From Raja brachyura (Eukaryota): a DNA stretch of 64,000 bases. Location of the stretch: assembly GCA_963514005.1 (NCBI GenBank), contig OY740814.1, forward strand, positions 14,384,001-14,448,000, read 5' to 3'. Shown here piece by piece: positions 39,301 through 50,431 of the stretch (positions are counted from its first letter, which is position 1; each line of letters begins with the position of its first letter). The position numbers were made by a program, and so were the translations under genes. The notes under the pieces were generated by a model. The model searched no databases, was not told where the DNA came from, and was given only the letters and a program-made list of their open reading frames with translations.

Positions 39301-42300
39301 TGAACCACTTCCTGCTGTTGGTAAATATCCTTGTGTTGACATATCTTCCAAAGACAAACAAAGGAACAGTTAATGACCATTTTCTAGCATCACCAGTGGC
39401 AGAAAGATCATGTTTTAATGTCCAACCTCTGTTCACCTGCAAGTAGGCAATTCAAACGCAGGGTCCAGCCGGCAGCCTCTTTCTATAGCCAGCTAGGTGA
39501 AAATGATCTAAGAGCAAGCATTCAGCAGTTCAGGCAGCATCTGTAGAAACAGTTAACTTTTCAGATCAATAATATTTCATGAGTTCTGGGATCCCGTTAT
39601 TTTAAAACAGACTTGTGGAGCATTGGTATCACAACTATTTCCTTTCTCACTCAGGTTGGTGAAACAATTGGCATTTCCGAAGAGATAATGGGTTTAACAA
39701 TCCTTGCAGCAGGCACCTCAATCCCTGACCTCATCACTAGTGTTATAGTCGCTCGAAAAGGTCTTGGGGACATGGCAGTGTCCAGCTCAGTGGGAAGCAA
39801 CATCTTTGACATCACAGTTGGGTAAGAATCACTCTCAAGCCTTGGCGATGGTGAATTTCAGCTGAAGGATGGCGTCTCACATTTCTTGATTTCTGCAGAC
39901 CATCTGTAAAAATTCAGACCCACATCGCCAGAGCACAACTTTCAAAATTTCCTTCTAACTTCAGAATAACTTGTCTTACTGACAGATTGTGGGCTCTAAT
40001 GAATGAGGACAAATGGGCAGATCCTTTTGTGATGTACTGAGGTAGAGCTTCACATTTGATGGTTCTGTTTTCTGATGAGAAGTTTTCGTTTAAGAACTCA
40101 CCTGTGTCCTCAACTCCATGCACAACTTGCCCCATTAGTTTCAAACAGATTTAATTTTTCACTGGTTATCCTCTTGTCTTTAAGATGATAAAAAATGTTT
40201 GGGGATTTTCCCGAAGCTTTATCCAACTTTTGATATCTCTTGGGTAGACACAAAATGCTGGAGTAACTCAGCGGGATAGGCAGCATTTCTGTAGAGGAGG
40301 AATGGGTGACGTTTCAGGTCAAGATCCTTCTTCAGATATCTTTCAATATCTCTTGACATGCATGATTCGATGGGAATGACGTTCTGACCTTTCATCCTTA
40401 TGGAAACATATTAGCCTTGATATCTTGCTATTACACGTTTAAATGACTCGTACGTTGGAAGTAGACTAAGCTGCAAGGGGCTGCTCCTAGTCTACCTTGC
40501 CCAGGTCCTGCATTATGTTATTAAAATTTCCCACTACTATAATCTTATTCCTGTTACACCTTTTTACGATTTGTCTCGTTATCTGTTCCTCTATGTCCTG
40601 GTGACTATTAGACCTGTTGTATACCCCATCAAAGTGATCACATCCTTTTTGTTTTTATAAGCTCTACCCATGTGGCCTCATTTGAAGAGCCTTTTAGGAC
40701 ATCCTCCCTCATCACAACAGTAATAGATTCCTTCATCAATCTTGCAAAACCACCTCTTTTACATCCTCCTTTGTCATGCCTGAAGATTCTATACCCTGGA
40801 ACATTGAGCTGCCATTCCCAGCTTTCAACCATAACCCATTCAACTGTGTAGACCTTACCTTCCCCCAGAAATGGTCCTAGTAATCTAGAAATCTAGAATT
40901 TTCCTTAGTATCACTTTTAGCTACTCGTGCATCTGACCTATCCTCACAATTATGTAGCACCAATGGTAGGTTAAAAAGATTGGTGTTGATCAAGTGGACA
41001 TATATGCAGAATAGGGTATTCTCAGAGAAATGAGAGTTGAGAGTGCTGAGGCAATTGAACAAAGAGGATGAGAATGCTAAATTCCAACCATTTTGCCTCC
41101 TGTCATACTCCCCTTTCTCCAACACTCCAAGGACCGGTAAATGTTATTTTGTCTGTGCACTTATATCCGTGAGTAACCAGTCTGGGGAAACATAGAAAAC
41201 AGGTGCAGGATTAGGCCATTCGGCCCTTCGAGCCTGCACCGCCATTCAATATGATCATGGCTGATCATCCAACTCAGTATCCTGTACTTGCCTTCTCTCC
41301 ATACCCCCTGATCCCTTTAGCCACAAGGGCCACATCTAACTCCCTCTTAAATATAGCCAATTAACTGGCCTCAACTACCTTCTGTGGCAGAGAATTCCAG
41401 AGATTCACCACTCTCGGTCCTAAAAGACATCCCCCTTATCCTTAAACTGTGACCCCTTGTTCTGGACTTCCCCAACATCGGGAACAATATTCCTGCATCT
41501 AGCCTGTCCAACCCCTTAAGAATTTTGTACGTTTCTATAAGATCCCACCTCAATCTTCTAAATTCTAGCGAGTACAAGCCGAGTCTATCCAGTCTTTCTT
41601 CATATGAAAGTCCTGACATCCAAGGAATCAGTCTGGTGAACCTTCTCTGCACTCCCTCTATGGCAAGAATGTCGTTCCTCAGATTAGGAGACCAAAACTG
41701 TACGCAATACTCCAGGTGTGGTCTCACTAAAACCCTGTACAACTGCAGTAGAACCTCCCTGCTCCTATACTCAAATCCTCTTGCTATGAATGCTAACATA
41801 CCATTCGCTTTCTTCACTACCTGTTGCACCTGCATGCCCACTTTCAATGACTGGTGTACCATGACACCCAGGTCTCGTTGCATCGCCCCTTTTCCTAATC
41901 TGCCACCATTCAGAAGCAGGTCTACGTCAAATTCAGCCAAATGGCTGTCTGTCCTTGCCTCCAGCTATCTTCACTCCGTGTCTCCAACCATGTCCACTGG
42001 GCACTCGCCAATCAATGCTGGTGGGTAGAAGTCATCAAATGCACCTTTTAACTTACTTTGATTTTCTCTATTTCAGGCTTCCAGTGCCCTGGTTATTGTA
42101 TGCGATGTTTAACAATTTACAGCCAGTTCCAGTCAGCAGTAACGGCCTGTTCTGTGCCATCGTACTTCTCTTTCTGATGCTGCTGTTTGTGATCATTTCC
42201 ATTGGCCTCTCCAAGTGGAAGATGAACAAAGCGTTGGGCTTCACCATGTTTTGCCTCTACTTCTTATTCTTAATTTTCAGTGTAATGCTAGAGGACAGGA

Positions 42301-42326
42301 TCATTGCGTGCCCAGTGTCCATATAA
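17111..42326 (+). CDS. SLC24A1: Sodium/potassium/calcium exchanger 1 (NCKX1), whole spliced CDS span: 9 coding exons, about 780-781 aa
   Basis: Exons 17111-18337, 23418-23474, 26232-26334, 32093-32179, 36765-36874, 37942-38196, 38430-38519, 39655-39821 and 42077-42326 join in frame at GT-AG sites (total 2346 nt). Alpha-1 ([16 protein letters not shown]) and alpha-2 (LAAGTSIPD...[15 protein letters not shown]) repeats are present. The N-terminal [12 protein letters not shown] and the acidic tract are NCKX1-type, and adjacency to DENND4A matches known SLC24A1 synteny. Confidence 0.93.
18500..19170. repeat. TG/GA-rich minisatellite with a ~148-bp higher-order unit (about 4 copies)
   Basis: 'ccaatgaga' recurs at 18591, 18739, 18887 and 19023; built from GTGAGACTGAGTGTGT subunits. 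Confidence 0.9.
21360..21900 (-). mobile_element. Degraded Penelope-like remnant
   Basis: Reverse complement shows 'tgtacttcctctaacctg...ctacaatggtgagaccaag' and 'ctagaagaacaacacctgatattccacttgggaagactacag'. Confidence 0.65.
22961..23174. mobile_element. Young Penelope-pLTR-derived hairpin element with 83-bp inverted arms and a 14-bp target-site duplication
   Basis: Arms 22961-23043 and 23056-23138 are inverted with 1 mismatch. CTGATATCCTTGCG is duplicated at 22947-22960 and 23175-23188. Confidence 0.85.
23418..23474 (+). CDS. SLC24A1: SLC24A1 small coding exon ([19 protein letters not shown])
   Basis: Pyrimidine tract followed by tandem AAG acceptors, donor AAG|GTAAAA, phase 0-0. Resembles the short ...DNKKLK exon of mammalian NCKX1. 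Confidence 0.75.
23850..25400 (-). mobile_element. Old CR1 LINE fragments
   Basis: [20 protein letters not shown] and 'ttttgaataaaagagttacatt' (NVTLLFK) signatures. Confidence 0.65.
25713..25897. other. Assembly gap (N run)
   Basis: Run of n characters. Confidence 0.99.
26232..26334 (+). CDS. SLC24A1: SLC24A1 coding exon ([34 protein letters not shown])
   Basis: Conserved SLHNS..R.TIFQLM...LDPL motif of the NCKX1/2 cytoplasmic loop; donor G|GTGAGC. Confidence 0.9.
28880..30780. mobile_element. Cluster of old CR1 fragments in both orientations
   Basis: Decayed 3'UTR (-) at about 28880-29720; (+) 'ctaatgtaatctcaccattt...aactgcagaccagt...aaagggaaatcttgt' at about 30040-30780. Confidence 0.5.
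32093..32179 (+). CDS. SLC24A1: SLC24A1 coding exon ([29 protein letters not shown])
   Basis: Acceptor ttttgtttgcag, donor G|GTGAGA, phase 1-1. KF..KA....AK resembles the NCKX loop segment. Confidence 0.8.
32490..32995 (+). mobile_element. Penelope-like 3' remnant plus pLTR arm
   Basis: 'ggcctcctgcattaccagagtgaggccacgtccaaactgcaagaaca' and 'agatgctgcctgaccctctgagttcctccagc'. Confidence 0.65.
36197..36737 (+). mobile_element. Putative non-autonomous Helitron-like element (5' part) with internal 31-bp minisatellite
   Basis: Begins A|TCTATATTACTAAAA (Helitron-type 5' TC end) and ends in about 5 copies of TTTGGAAATGCTAAAGCTGTGTTGCCTTTG(G/A). No 3' hairpin-CTAG seen. Confidence 0.5.
36585..36737. 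repeat. 31-bp tandem repeat, about 5 copies
   Basis: Direct inspection. Confidence 0.9.
36765..36874 (+). CDS. SLC24A1: SLC24A1 coding exon ([37 protein letters not shown])
   Basis: Acceptor tttctgtttcag, donor CCA|GTACGT. Supplies the phase 1 to phase 0 bridge needed between the flanking exons. Confidence 0.72.
37942..38196 (+). CDS. SLC24A1: SLC24A1 coding exon with Gly/Asp/Glu acidic tract, then [38 protein letters not shown]
   Basis: Classic NCKX PLSL.WP...KQ..YL...PIVFPLW.T.PDVR motif; donor CCA|GTAAGT. Confidence 0.93.
38430..38519 (+). CDS. SLC24A1: SLC24A1 coding exon ([30 protein letters not shown])
   Basis: 90-nt exon with ttttacag acceptor and CAG|GTAGGT donor; NCKX transmembrane motif. 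Confidence 0.92.
39655..39821 (+). CDS. SLC24A1: SLC24A1 alpha-2 repeat exon ([56 protein letters not shown])
   Basis: Near-invariant NCKX1/2 sequence; tcag acceptor, GG|GTAAG donor. Confidence 0.96.
41189..41912 (-). mobile_element. Second young copy of the same CR1 family (3' ~0.7 kb) in the last SLC24A1 intron
   Basis: Near-identical to 5411-6168, with a short internal deletion near 41415. Confidence 0.93.
42077..42326 (+). CDS. SLC24A1: SLC24A1 last coding exon (LPVPWLL...[14 protein letters not shown]...[11 protein letters not shown])
   Basis: tttcag acceptor; typical NCKX1/2 C-terminus; TAA at 42324-42326. Confidence 0.96.
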
Positions 42327-45129
42327 ACTCTGACTTTCTACCCATTCGTGACAGAGGGAACTACTGAGGAGAGGATCCGTTGCAACTTAATTGGTTGTCA
42401 ACATGAAGATCGCAAGTTACGGAGATATTCAAAAGCACCAACCTCAACCGTACCCAGAATTTACATTTTACTGTTGTTGCTTTGACATTAACAAATTTAG
42501 ACCACTACTACACTGCAGGAGTTTGCTGAACATGGAGGTAGTTGGCAACAATTGTAAACATGAGGAGAAAGATAACATTATCCATCCCTGTACTAGGAGC
42601 TACAGAGCAGTTTTGTCACTTTCCAAACTAGATGTGATTAATGGTTATGAAATGTTCATTATGACATAACCTCAATGTACATTCTCACGTTGTGATTTTT
42701 TATATACCAGTAATAAGGCACAGAATCAGCATTAAACTCACACCAATCAGGCAGCACTTTGGTAACAATTGTTGCCTGATTGTTAGGCAACAATTGCCTA
42801 ATTGTTAAGTATTACAATTAAGTAACAAGTTGAAAAAAATGTTGTGGAAAAGATTGAAAGAACTTCAGCTATGGCTGTTTCATGAAACAAACCAGAACCC
42901 GCCCCGCCCCCCAAGTGGGACAACATATTATACATTTTCCAAGGCTTTTTAGTTAATGCAATATCTTTTAAACAAATCAGTATTGTTTTACAAAGAGGAG
43001 GCTCAAAGACATGACAAGAGGTGATAGACATGCAGTAACCATTGTGTACTCCAATAACATCACCTTTGAATAGTTATAAAGGCAGAACTCATAGGTTCTA
43101 GGATATCCGATCCAATACTGGCCGCCTGCAAAGCACCTCTTACACACCCGTTTCAATATGCCACTATCTGTATCATACAAAATTGTCAATGTGTAGCAAT
43201 AAACACAGCCTAGAAGCAAATATTTTTGCCAACCAACTAAGTTGGTTATTGGCGCAAAAGTGACAACAAACGTTTTTTTTCCTTATTAGGATTTTGTCAC
43301 TTGAGATAGGTGTCCTTGAGTCTAATTTAGTATTTTAAACCAGAATGGAGGGCGTCAAATATGAAAATACAGTGTGTAGAAATGGAGGTGATGACAACAG
43401 ACTGTTTGGCGCTCCTCCATTCTCCCAAATCTGATTAAAGAGAAATATTTTCTTATACCAGGTGCCAAAGGCCGATTCCCTGATGGGAATCACTTTTGCT
43501 AAATGCCCTCCAAATTGGATCTCAAATTATACAATTTCCTCTAAAAAGTTCCATCAAGCAAATAAATAAGTAATTGAACAGAGATTATCTAATTTTACAA
43601 GGTCTCACAAGTTCCGTTGAAATTTAAACACAAACTATTTTCATATAGAAAATTAAAGATCGTTTAAAATTATCTCATTCCTGACTGCACCTCATTTTCA
43701 TTTGGATAAATTATACACTAATTATATTACTGCAGAATGCTTCAGATATCATATTGCTCTGTTTCACAGTATGCCTCACATAAACTAGAACATAGGAACA
43801 GAATCCATTCAGCCCCTCGAGAGTATTCTGCCATTTAATAGCCAATGACGAACTTTACCTCAAATCCATGTACCTTTCTGTGCTGCAACATCCTTTGACA
43901 CCATAAGCAACAACCCGTCTTTGGGGAATTCCATACTTTCCCTTTGTCATCTCACTGTTCTCATTTTTATTTGATTTATGGCTTGTTTTGAATTCTTTCT
44001 CCTGATATAATTGCAATGGAGATGTGACCATTGATAATGCTTTTTGCTGCAGAGGATGGGTTTACTCTGGCATTCTGAGCAACAATCAGTGAAACTAATT
44101 AGGTGGGTCTCAATACAATGAGAAATAATGAGCTTTCCATGGATTCTAGGAGGGGAGAAAACGTCCTCAAATTTGCTCCATGCTTTTAACAGCATAAAGG
44201 TAACAGAAAAAAAGTCAATGCTCTCTGTAGATACAGATATTGTAGAAATATTCTGAAATGTAACATGTTTATTTACACTCTAAACTAAAGGTTGCGGTAG
44301 TCTGTCGATTTGATGAGGGGACGGTGGTAGTCAGGGCTATACAGTTCTTCCAAACTGTATTATGTTGGGAGAGCCAAGAGAGAATATAAATAAAAAAGTA
44401 AGTATGCTGAAGTCGGCACTTTGAGTTACTGAGCAAAAGAAAATCTCAGAACTTTCAGTTGTTGGAATCGTGAGCAAAAAAGAGTGCTGAAAAAAAGTGC
44501 GGGTCAGGCAGCATCTGAGGAGGGAATGTATAGATGACACTTTGGGTCGGGAAGAAAAAGCAAAAAAAGCAGTGCCCCAACCACTTGATCTGTTTCACAA
44601 AACGGAAGGAGAAGCTGGATTTTTAAATTTATATGTGTGTAATAATTAAGCTCAATGTACAGCTTTTTCTAAGATTTCACTCGCATTTAAAAAGCTACAC
44701 ATACTGTATTGTGTAGAAGATGGTTAGGTGGTCTGAAGGAGATTGCCAGAATGACTGGGATATATTCTTGGAATAAAACATTTAATATATGAAAAAGATT
44801 GATTATACCATTGATGACATCCATGGCAATATCAGATAATAAACCTATTTTTAAATAAGTGGTGATGGTTGCCTCAAAATACCATTTTGTGATTGCTCAG
44901 TGAACACATGACAGTTGTCATAACATTGTTTATATATAGATAGATAGATTTATAGATATATATAGATATAGAGACAGTTCTGCTAGATGCAGTAGTTGTG
45001 TTATTAAAAACTAATGTTTTATAGAAACACATGTTAAAGACAATTGTGTCAATGGAGGAAAGGGGGTGAGTGGCCAGCCTATTGTCAGGCTCACAATAAC
45101 AAAATTATTTTTTCTGCAGGATTTTCACC

Positions 45130-45135
45130 AATAAA
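45130..45135 (+). terminator. Candidate SLC24A1 polyadenylation signal (AATAAA)
   Basis: AATAAA followed by a U/GU-rich tract (gggtttatttttgt). Other AATAAA hexamers lie further upstream in the putative 3'UTR. Confidence 0.35.
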
Positions 45136-46830
45136 GATCTTCAATAGCAATAAGGGTTTATTTTTGTAACTGCGAGCTAGAAATACTAAAGACTGTATGC
45201 AACATTTTTTAATAGAGAGCATTGCACAAGTGTCAATAGAAGAGATTGCCTGCCAATTTCAATGGCCTCCCACAGTTAACGTAGCAGTTATGTTCTTGAG
45301 AGAATGGTGTCTGATTACTGTGGGGTGATTACATGGAAACAGGTTATTTATCCCAATACTTTTAAAATCCAAGACAACATTTTCATGCTTGTTGATTTCC
45401 AAAGTAACTTTTAAATGGCTCTTGAGTTCCCAATTGAAATTATGTTATAACCAATTCAGCCCCCTGTAATGCAAATATTTTCCTTAATTCATCACTTGTT
45501 ATATCTAATTTGTGTTATGGAAACGTGCTTTACAGCAGACCTACCTTTACTCAGCAGTCAGGCATCATCTGTGGAAAACGAGACAGAGTTAATGTTTCAG
45601 GTTGATGATTTACATCTGTACCAGAAGTACCATCTAGCTAGTGCCATTTCTGACTGATAGGATGGAGTACACTTGCACTCTTCATGGAAGTTGCCCTGAC
45701 CTGACGATCACCTCTAGCAATCTGTTTTTATTTCAGTTTTCACATATTTGCAGGTTTCAACTTTCAAACACGCATGGATCTCCAATAATGTTCCATATTG
45801 GGGTGATGCATTTGAGGAGAACTCGCTTAAACAAATGGGAACTTAATTATATTCACACTTATGCCAGAACTATTCCACAAGAACATGTCATACCATTCAG
45901 TTCTTCCTTTAGATTTGAAACTATAACAGCTTAACTTTGGGTGAAGTGCAATTCATCTGGTTTGTTTTCAACATAAATGGTCATAGAAATTTAAAACAGG
46001 AACGCTAGTGGCATGTGTGTGCAAACAAAGGTTATTTAATGCAAAGATAAACTTTAATGAACTCCACATTCTCAAAAAAGGTTGATTTTTCATTACGCTT
46101 CTTCTTTTGTCACAGTTAAATGGGTAGTAAGTACTTACAATCCCTAAACGTTTCTCTGGAGCACATTTAGCCCTGAGCAATCTTTGGAAAGAGAAACAGA
46201 GTTAAAGTTGTAGGTTGATTTGAAATGTTAGCTTTGGGTTTTTTCCCACGTCTAACTGGCTGAGTATTTCCAGAATTGTCTTTATTTTACAGTTCCAGCA
46301 TTTGAGTTTTATTTAATTTTATGAACAATCTTTACTTGTACCTTTGACTAATTGTGTTATTTCTTGTTGGGACCCCTTCCAGTCCATTAGTGCCGCATCC
46401 ATATTATCAGTCAGCACCTTGAGTACATTTGTCAGCTCCATACTCTGCGACTGCAATGTTTTTCAAGCAGGGCTTGCAGCTTCAGCGGGCAGAAGTAGAA
46501 CTGAAGACATCAGTGCAATTAAACAGTTTCAAGTCTAATGCATCTTGGAATCATTGCCCTGTGGTTTTTATCTTTGCAGGCATTACATCAAAATATTTTT
46601 TATTTCCAGCTGCAGAAAGGATTACTTATTCCTCTACAATTATTTTATCAAAGCATCAGCATAGCAAGGATGGGTAAAATTATTTAAATAAAGAAGGCCC
46701 TTCATGGATTGAATAGCATTAAAAAAAAGTCAACTTAAAACTAAGTGAGTAGCTTATGTGTTAAAAAAAAAGGTGAGTTAACAATACACAAATGAAGCTT
46801 GCAGTCATTGAGAGTCACTGAGATTTTATA

Positions 46831-48433
46831 CAGTGAATTCAGAAAGTATTCAGACCCCTTCACTTTTTCCACATTTTGTTACGTTACAGCCTTCTTTTAA
46901 AATTGATTAAATTCTTTTTTTTAGCATCAATCTACACACAACACCCCATAATAAAAAAGCCTCGGTGTCTATAAGTGCCTAGAAATGTTTGCAAAGTAAT
47001 TAAAAATAAATTACTGAAATATCACATGTACATAAGTATTCAGACCCTTTACTCAGTACTTTGTTGAGGCACCTTTGGCAGCGATTAAAGCTTCAAGTCT
47101 TCTTGGGTATGATGCTACAAGCTTGGCACACCTGTATTTGGGTAATTTCTCCCATTCTCTGCAGATCCTCTCAAGCTGTCAGGTTGGATGGGGAGCGTTG
47201 ATGCACAGGTTGATTTTCATGCGTTGATTTTCAGGTCCCTCCAGAGATGTTCGATCGGGTTCAAGTCCGGGCTCTGGCTGGGCCACTGCAGGACCTTCAC
47301 AGACTTATCACGAAGCCACTCCTGCGTTGTCTTGGCTGTGTGCTTAGGGTCGTTGTCCTGGTGGAAGATGAACCTTTGCCCCAGTCTGAGGTCCAGAAAG
47401 CTCAGAAGCACGTTTTCATCAAGGATCACTCTGTACTTTGCTCCGTTCATCTTTCCCTCAATCCAGACTATTCTCCCAGTTCAAACCGCCTCAAATCGTC
47501 CCCACAGCAGGATGCTGCCACCACCATGCTTTACCGTAGGTATTGGCCAGGTGATGAGCGGTGCCCGGTTTCCTCAAGATGTGACACTTGGCATTCAGGC
47601 CAAAGAGTTCAATCTTGGTTTCATCAGGCCAGAGAATCTTGTTTCTCATGCCTTTTGGCTGTCATGTGCCTTTTACTGGGGAATGGCTTCTGTCTGGCCA
47701 CTCTACCATAAAGGCCTGATTGGTGGAGTGCTGCAGATATAGTTGTCCTTCTGGAAGGTTCTCCCATCTCCACAGAGGAACTCTGGAGCTCTGTCAGAGT
47801 GACCATCAGGTTCTTGGTCACCTCCCTGACCAAGGCCCTTCTCCCCTGATTGCTCAGTTTAGCTGGGCAGCCAGCTCTATGAAGAGTCCTGGTGGGTTCA
47901 AAGTTCTACCATTTAAGAATGACGGAGGCCACTGCGCTCTTTGGGACCTGCAATTCTGCCAAAATTGTTTTATACCCTTCCCCAGATCTGTGTTAAAACA
48001 CAATCCTGTCTGGGAGGTCTACGGACAATTCCTTTGTCTTGATGGCTTGGTTTTTGCTCTGACGTGCACTGTCAACTGTGGGACCTTGTATAGGCAGGTG
48101 TGTGCCTTTCCAAATCATGTCCAATCAATTTAATTTACCACTGGTAGACTTCAATCAAGTTATAGAAACATCTCAAGGATAATCAATGGAAACAGGATGA
48201 AACTAAGCTCAATTTTGAGTGTCATAGCAAACTTATGTAAATGTGATATTTAAATTATTTATTTTTAATTACTTTGCAAACAGTTCTAAACACCGGTTTT
48301 CGCTTCTTCATTCTGGGGTATTGTGTGTAGATTGATGATTAAAAAAAAGGAATTTAATCCATTTTAAAATAAGGCTGTAATGCAACAAAATGCGAAAAAA
48401 GTGAAGGGGTCTGAATACTTTCTGAATGCACTG
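46831..48433 (-). mobile_element. Full-length inactive Tc1-family DNA transposon (DD34E, IR/DR-type long TIRs, TA TSD)
   Basis: TA|CAGTGAATTCAGAAAGTATTCAGACCCCTT...AAGGGGTCTGAATACTTTCTGAATGCACTG|TA, with ~210-bp TIRs. Transposase on the - strand (about 48044 to 47050) has [15 protein letters not shown] and [11 protein letters not shown]. The start reads ATC, with internal stops and deletions. Confidence 0.95.
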
Positions 48434-49198
48434 TAAGGCACTGAAACGTGGAAAGTATTAATCAGATTCTTCAACTGCCAACAATGAGATTCTTCTCAGT
48501 AATATCTAACATTTTGGCTACTGTGGTAATATTTACTCTCATGAGAGCCCCCCTCTGTACTGAGCCTGCCCTGTCACACAAGAAGATGATGATTGGTGCA
48601 ACTACCCGACAACTCCATTAGTGCTGCACTGATCAGGACAATGGTGGTGGACTGGACGGACTTCCTTTATCTTAGAATTTAAACAAGCAAGCGCCAATCA
48701 AATATTACATGCATTTAAAAAGTTTCAGCACACAATTTGTACAAGTGGTGCACTGGCCTTGTATCTATTAAGGTCAATTTTACCAAATGTTCTGACTCCA
48801 GTTGCTTCAGCCATTGCTTGGGGTTTAAGCTCCATCAAGATTCAAGACTCAAGAGAGTTTATTGTCGTGTGTCCCAGATAGGACAATTAAATTCTTGCTT
48901 TGCTTCAGCACAACAGAATACAGTAGGCATAAATAAATACAGAACAGATCAGTGTGACCATATACCTCTGGGGTGGGCCGTGGTCACTGCTAACTTTGAG
49001 CCAAAATTAATATTAAATGAAGTAGCATCAGATGATAGAAAATCAGCAAATTGTATCCATCGTTTGGAGCAGTGCTGCACACAAATCCTGATCCTCATGC
49101 ATAGATAAAAGCTGCTGATTGGTGTCAGTTGAAGTTTTGACAAACTGTTTGTAGTAACAATAAGACTCGTCTAAGGAAGCTTGGCTGTATTTTGTCAA

Positions 49199-49204
49199 TT
49201 TATT
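49199..49204 (-). terminator. Candidate DENND4A polyadenylation signal
   Basis: AATAAA on the - strand about 1.1 kb past the stop, at the end of an AT-rich 3'UTR-like stretch. Confidence 0.4.
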
Positions 49205-50294
49205 TTTCAAAGGGACAGGTTTAGAAAACTTTTTATACAGAAGTTTTCTTCTTAAAGAAACTACAGGGTTGAACTGCCTTTAGCCTCCAGGACTGATCTA
49301 GAACATATAAAACGGTATTGTTTAACAAAGCGTTGCTGTTAGACAAGAACATTGCAGCATAAAAATATTCTATTAGACATCACGTTTGGTGGATTTTCAT
49401 ATTCACAAATCCGATAGTAATATAATTCAAGTGTTATTTAATAAGCTAATAAATACAGTACTTTTCCCATAGGAAATTGACTTTAAACATAAAAAGAGAG
49501 ATTGCATATTAGCTCTGATATCAAAGTCCTTTGAACTTAGCCCTGACAAATATAGTTTATACAGGCAGCATACCGCTGACCCTTCAGTAATACAGCTGCA
49601 CGTACTTCTCATGCCGTTACTTCTTCCTTTCCTTAGCAGATAAGAATTCAGTAGGTCAAAGTGAGTTCTCTCAGATGGCCAGCTACTGCAAAAACTGCAA
49701 AGCATATTCTAACTGGAACATATCGCACCACATTATTATATATATTGTATCAACCATACTTAGAACTATATAATATGTGTATATAAAGATTGATATCAGC
49801 AAAAGATCTTGTTATTTAAATGTACAAATACTGAAAAGTACTTTGTAATAACGTGAAAGCCTTGTCACTTTTACACAGTGCCTCTAGTTCACATTTCTCT
49901 TTTATGAACATTTTTACACTTTAGACCAAAAGTACTCCTAAAAACTATACGGGCAACAGACGATGAGATGCAACAGTAGCCAGGGCTATTATGTACATAG
50001 TAGCTTACTTTCGAGAGCCAAGCTCCCTAGCATCGATGCAATATTTTTTGTTAACCTAACCAATAGCACTATAATACAAAGATATTTAAATGACCTTCAA
50101 TTATATTTACAATGATTTCCATTTGATCTTACTCTCTGTATAATTCCCAGACTTAAAATTACAAACCATTCATCATAATTTAACATTGTTAAATTTAGAG
50201 ACTCCACAAACTGAAATTCCAATGAACACGAGCAGTGCAGAGGATGAACACAAACTGATGTGCGCCTTCATTGAGGGTAATATCAATAGGACTC

Positions 50295-50431
50295 TTAGAG
50301 GTAGGGTTCCCCAAAGATCCTGCGACACTCCATAACACCAGAGCTGGGAGGCCGGTCACAATTCTGGGTCAGTTTCACCTGGCTGGGAGTCAGCTGATCA
50401 TATGCCATCTTATACTCTCGGTCAAAAGCAT
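50295..50431 (-). CDS. DENND4A: DENND4A last coding exon ([44 protein letters not shown])
   Basis: DENND4A-type C-terminus; stop TAA at 50297-50295. Confidence 0.95.
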
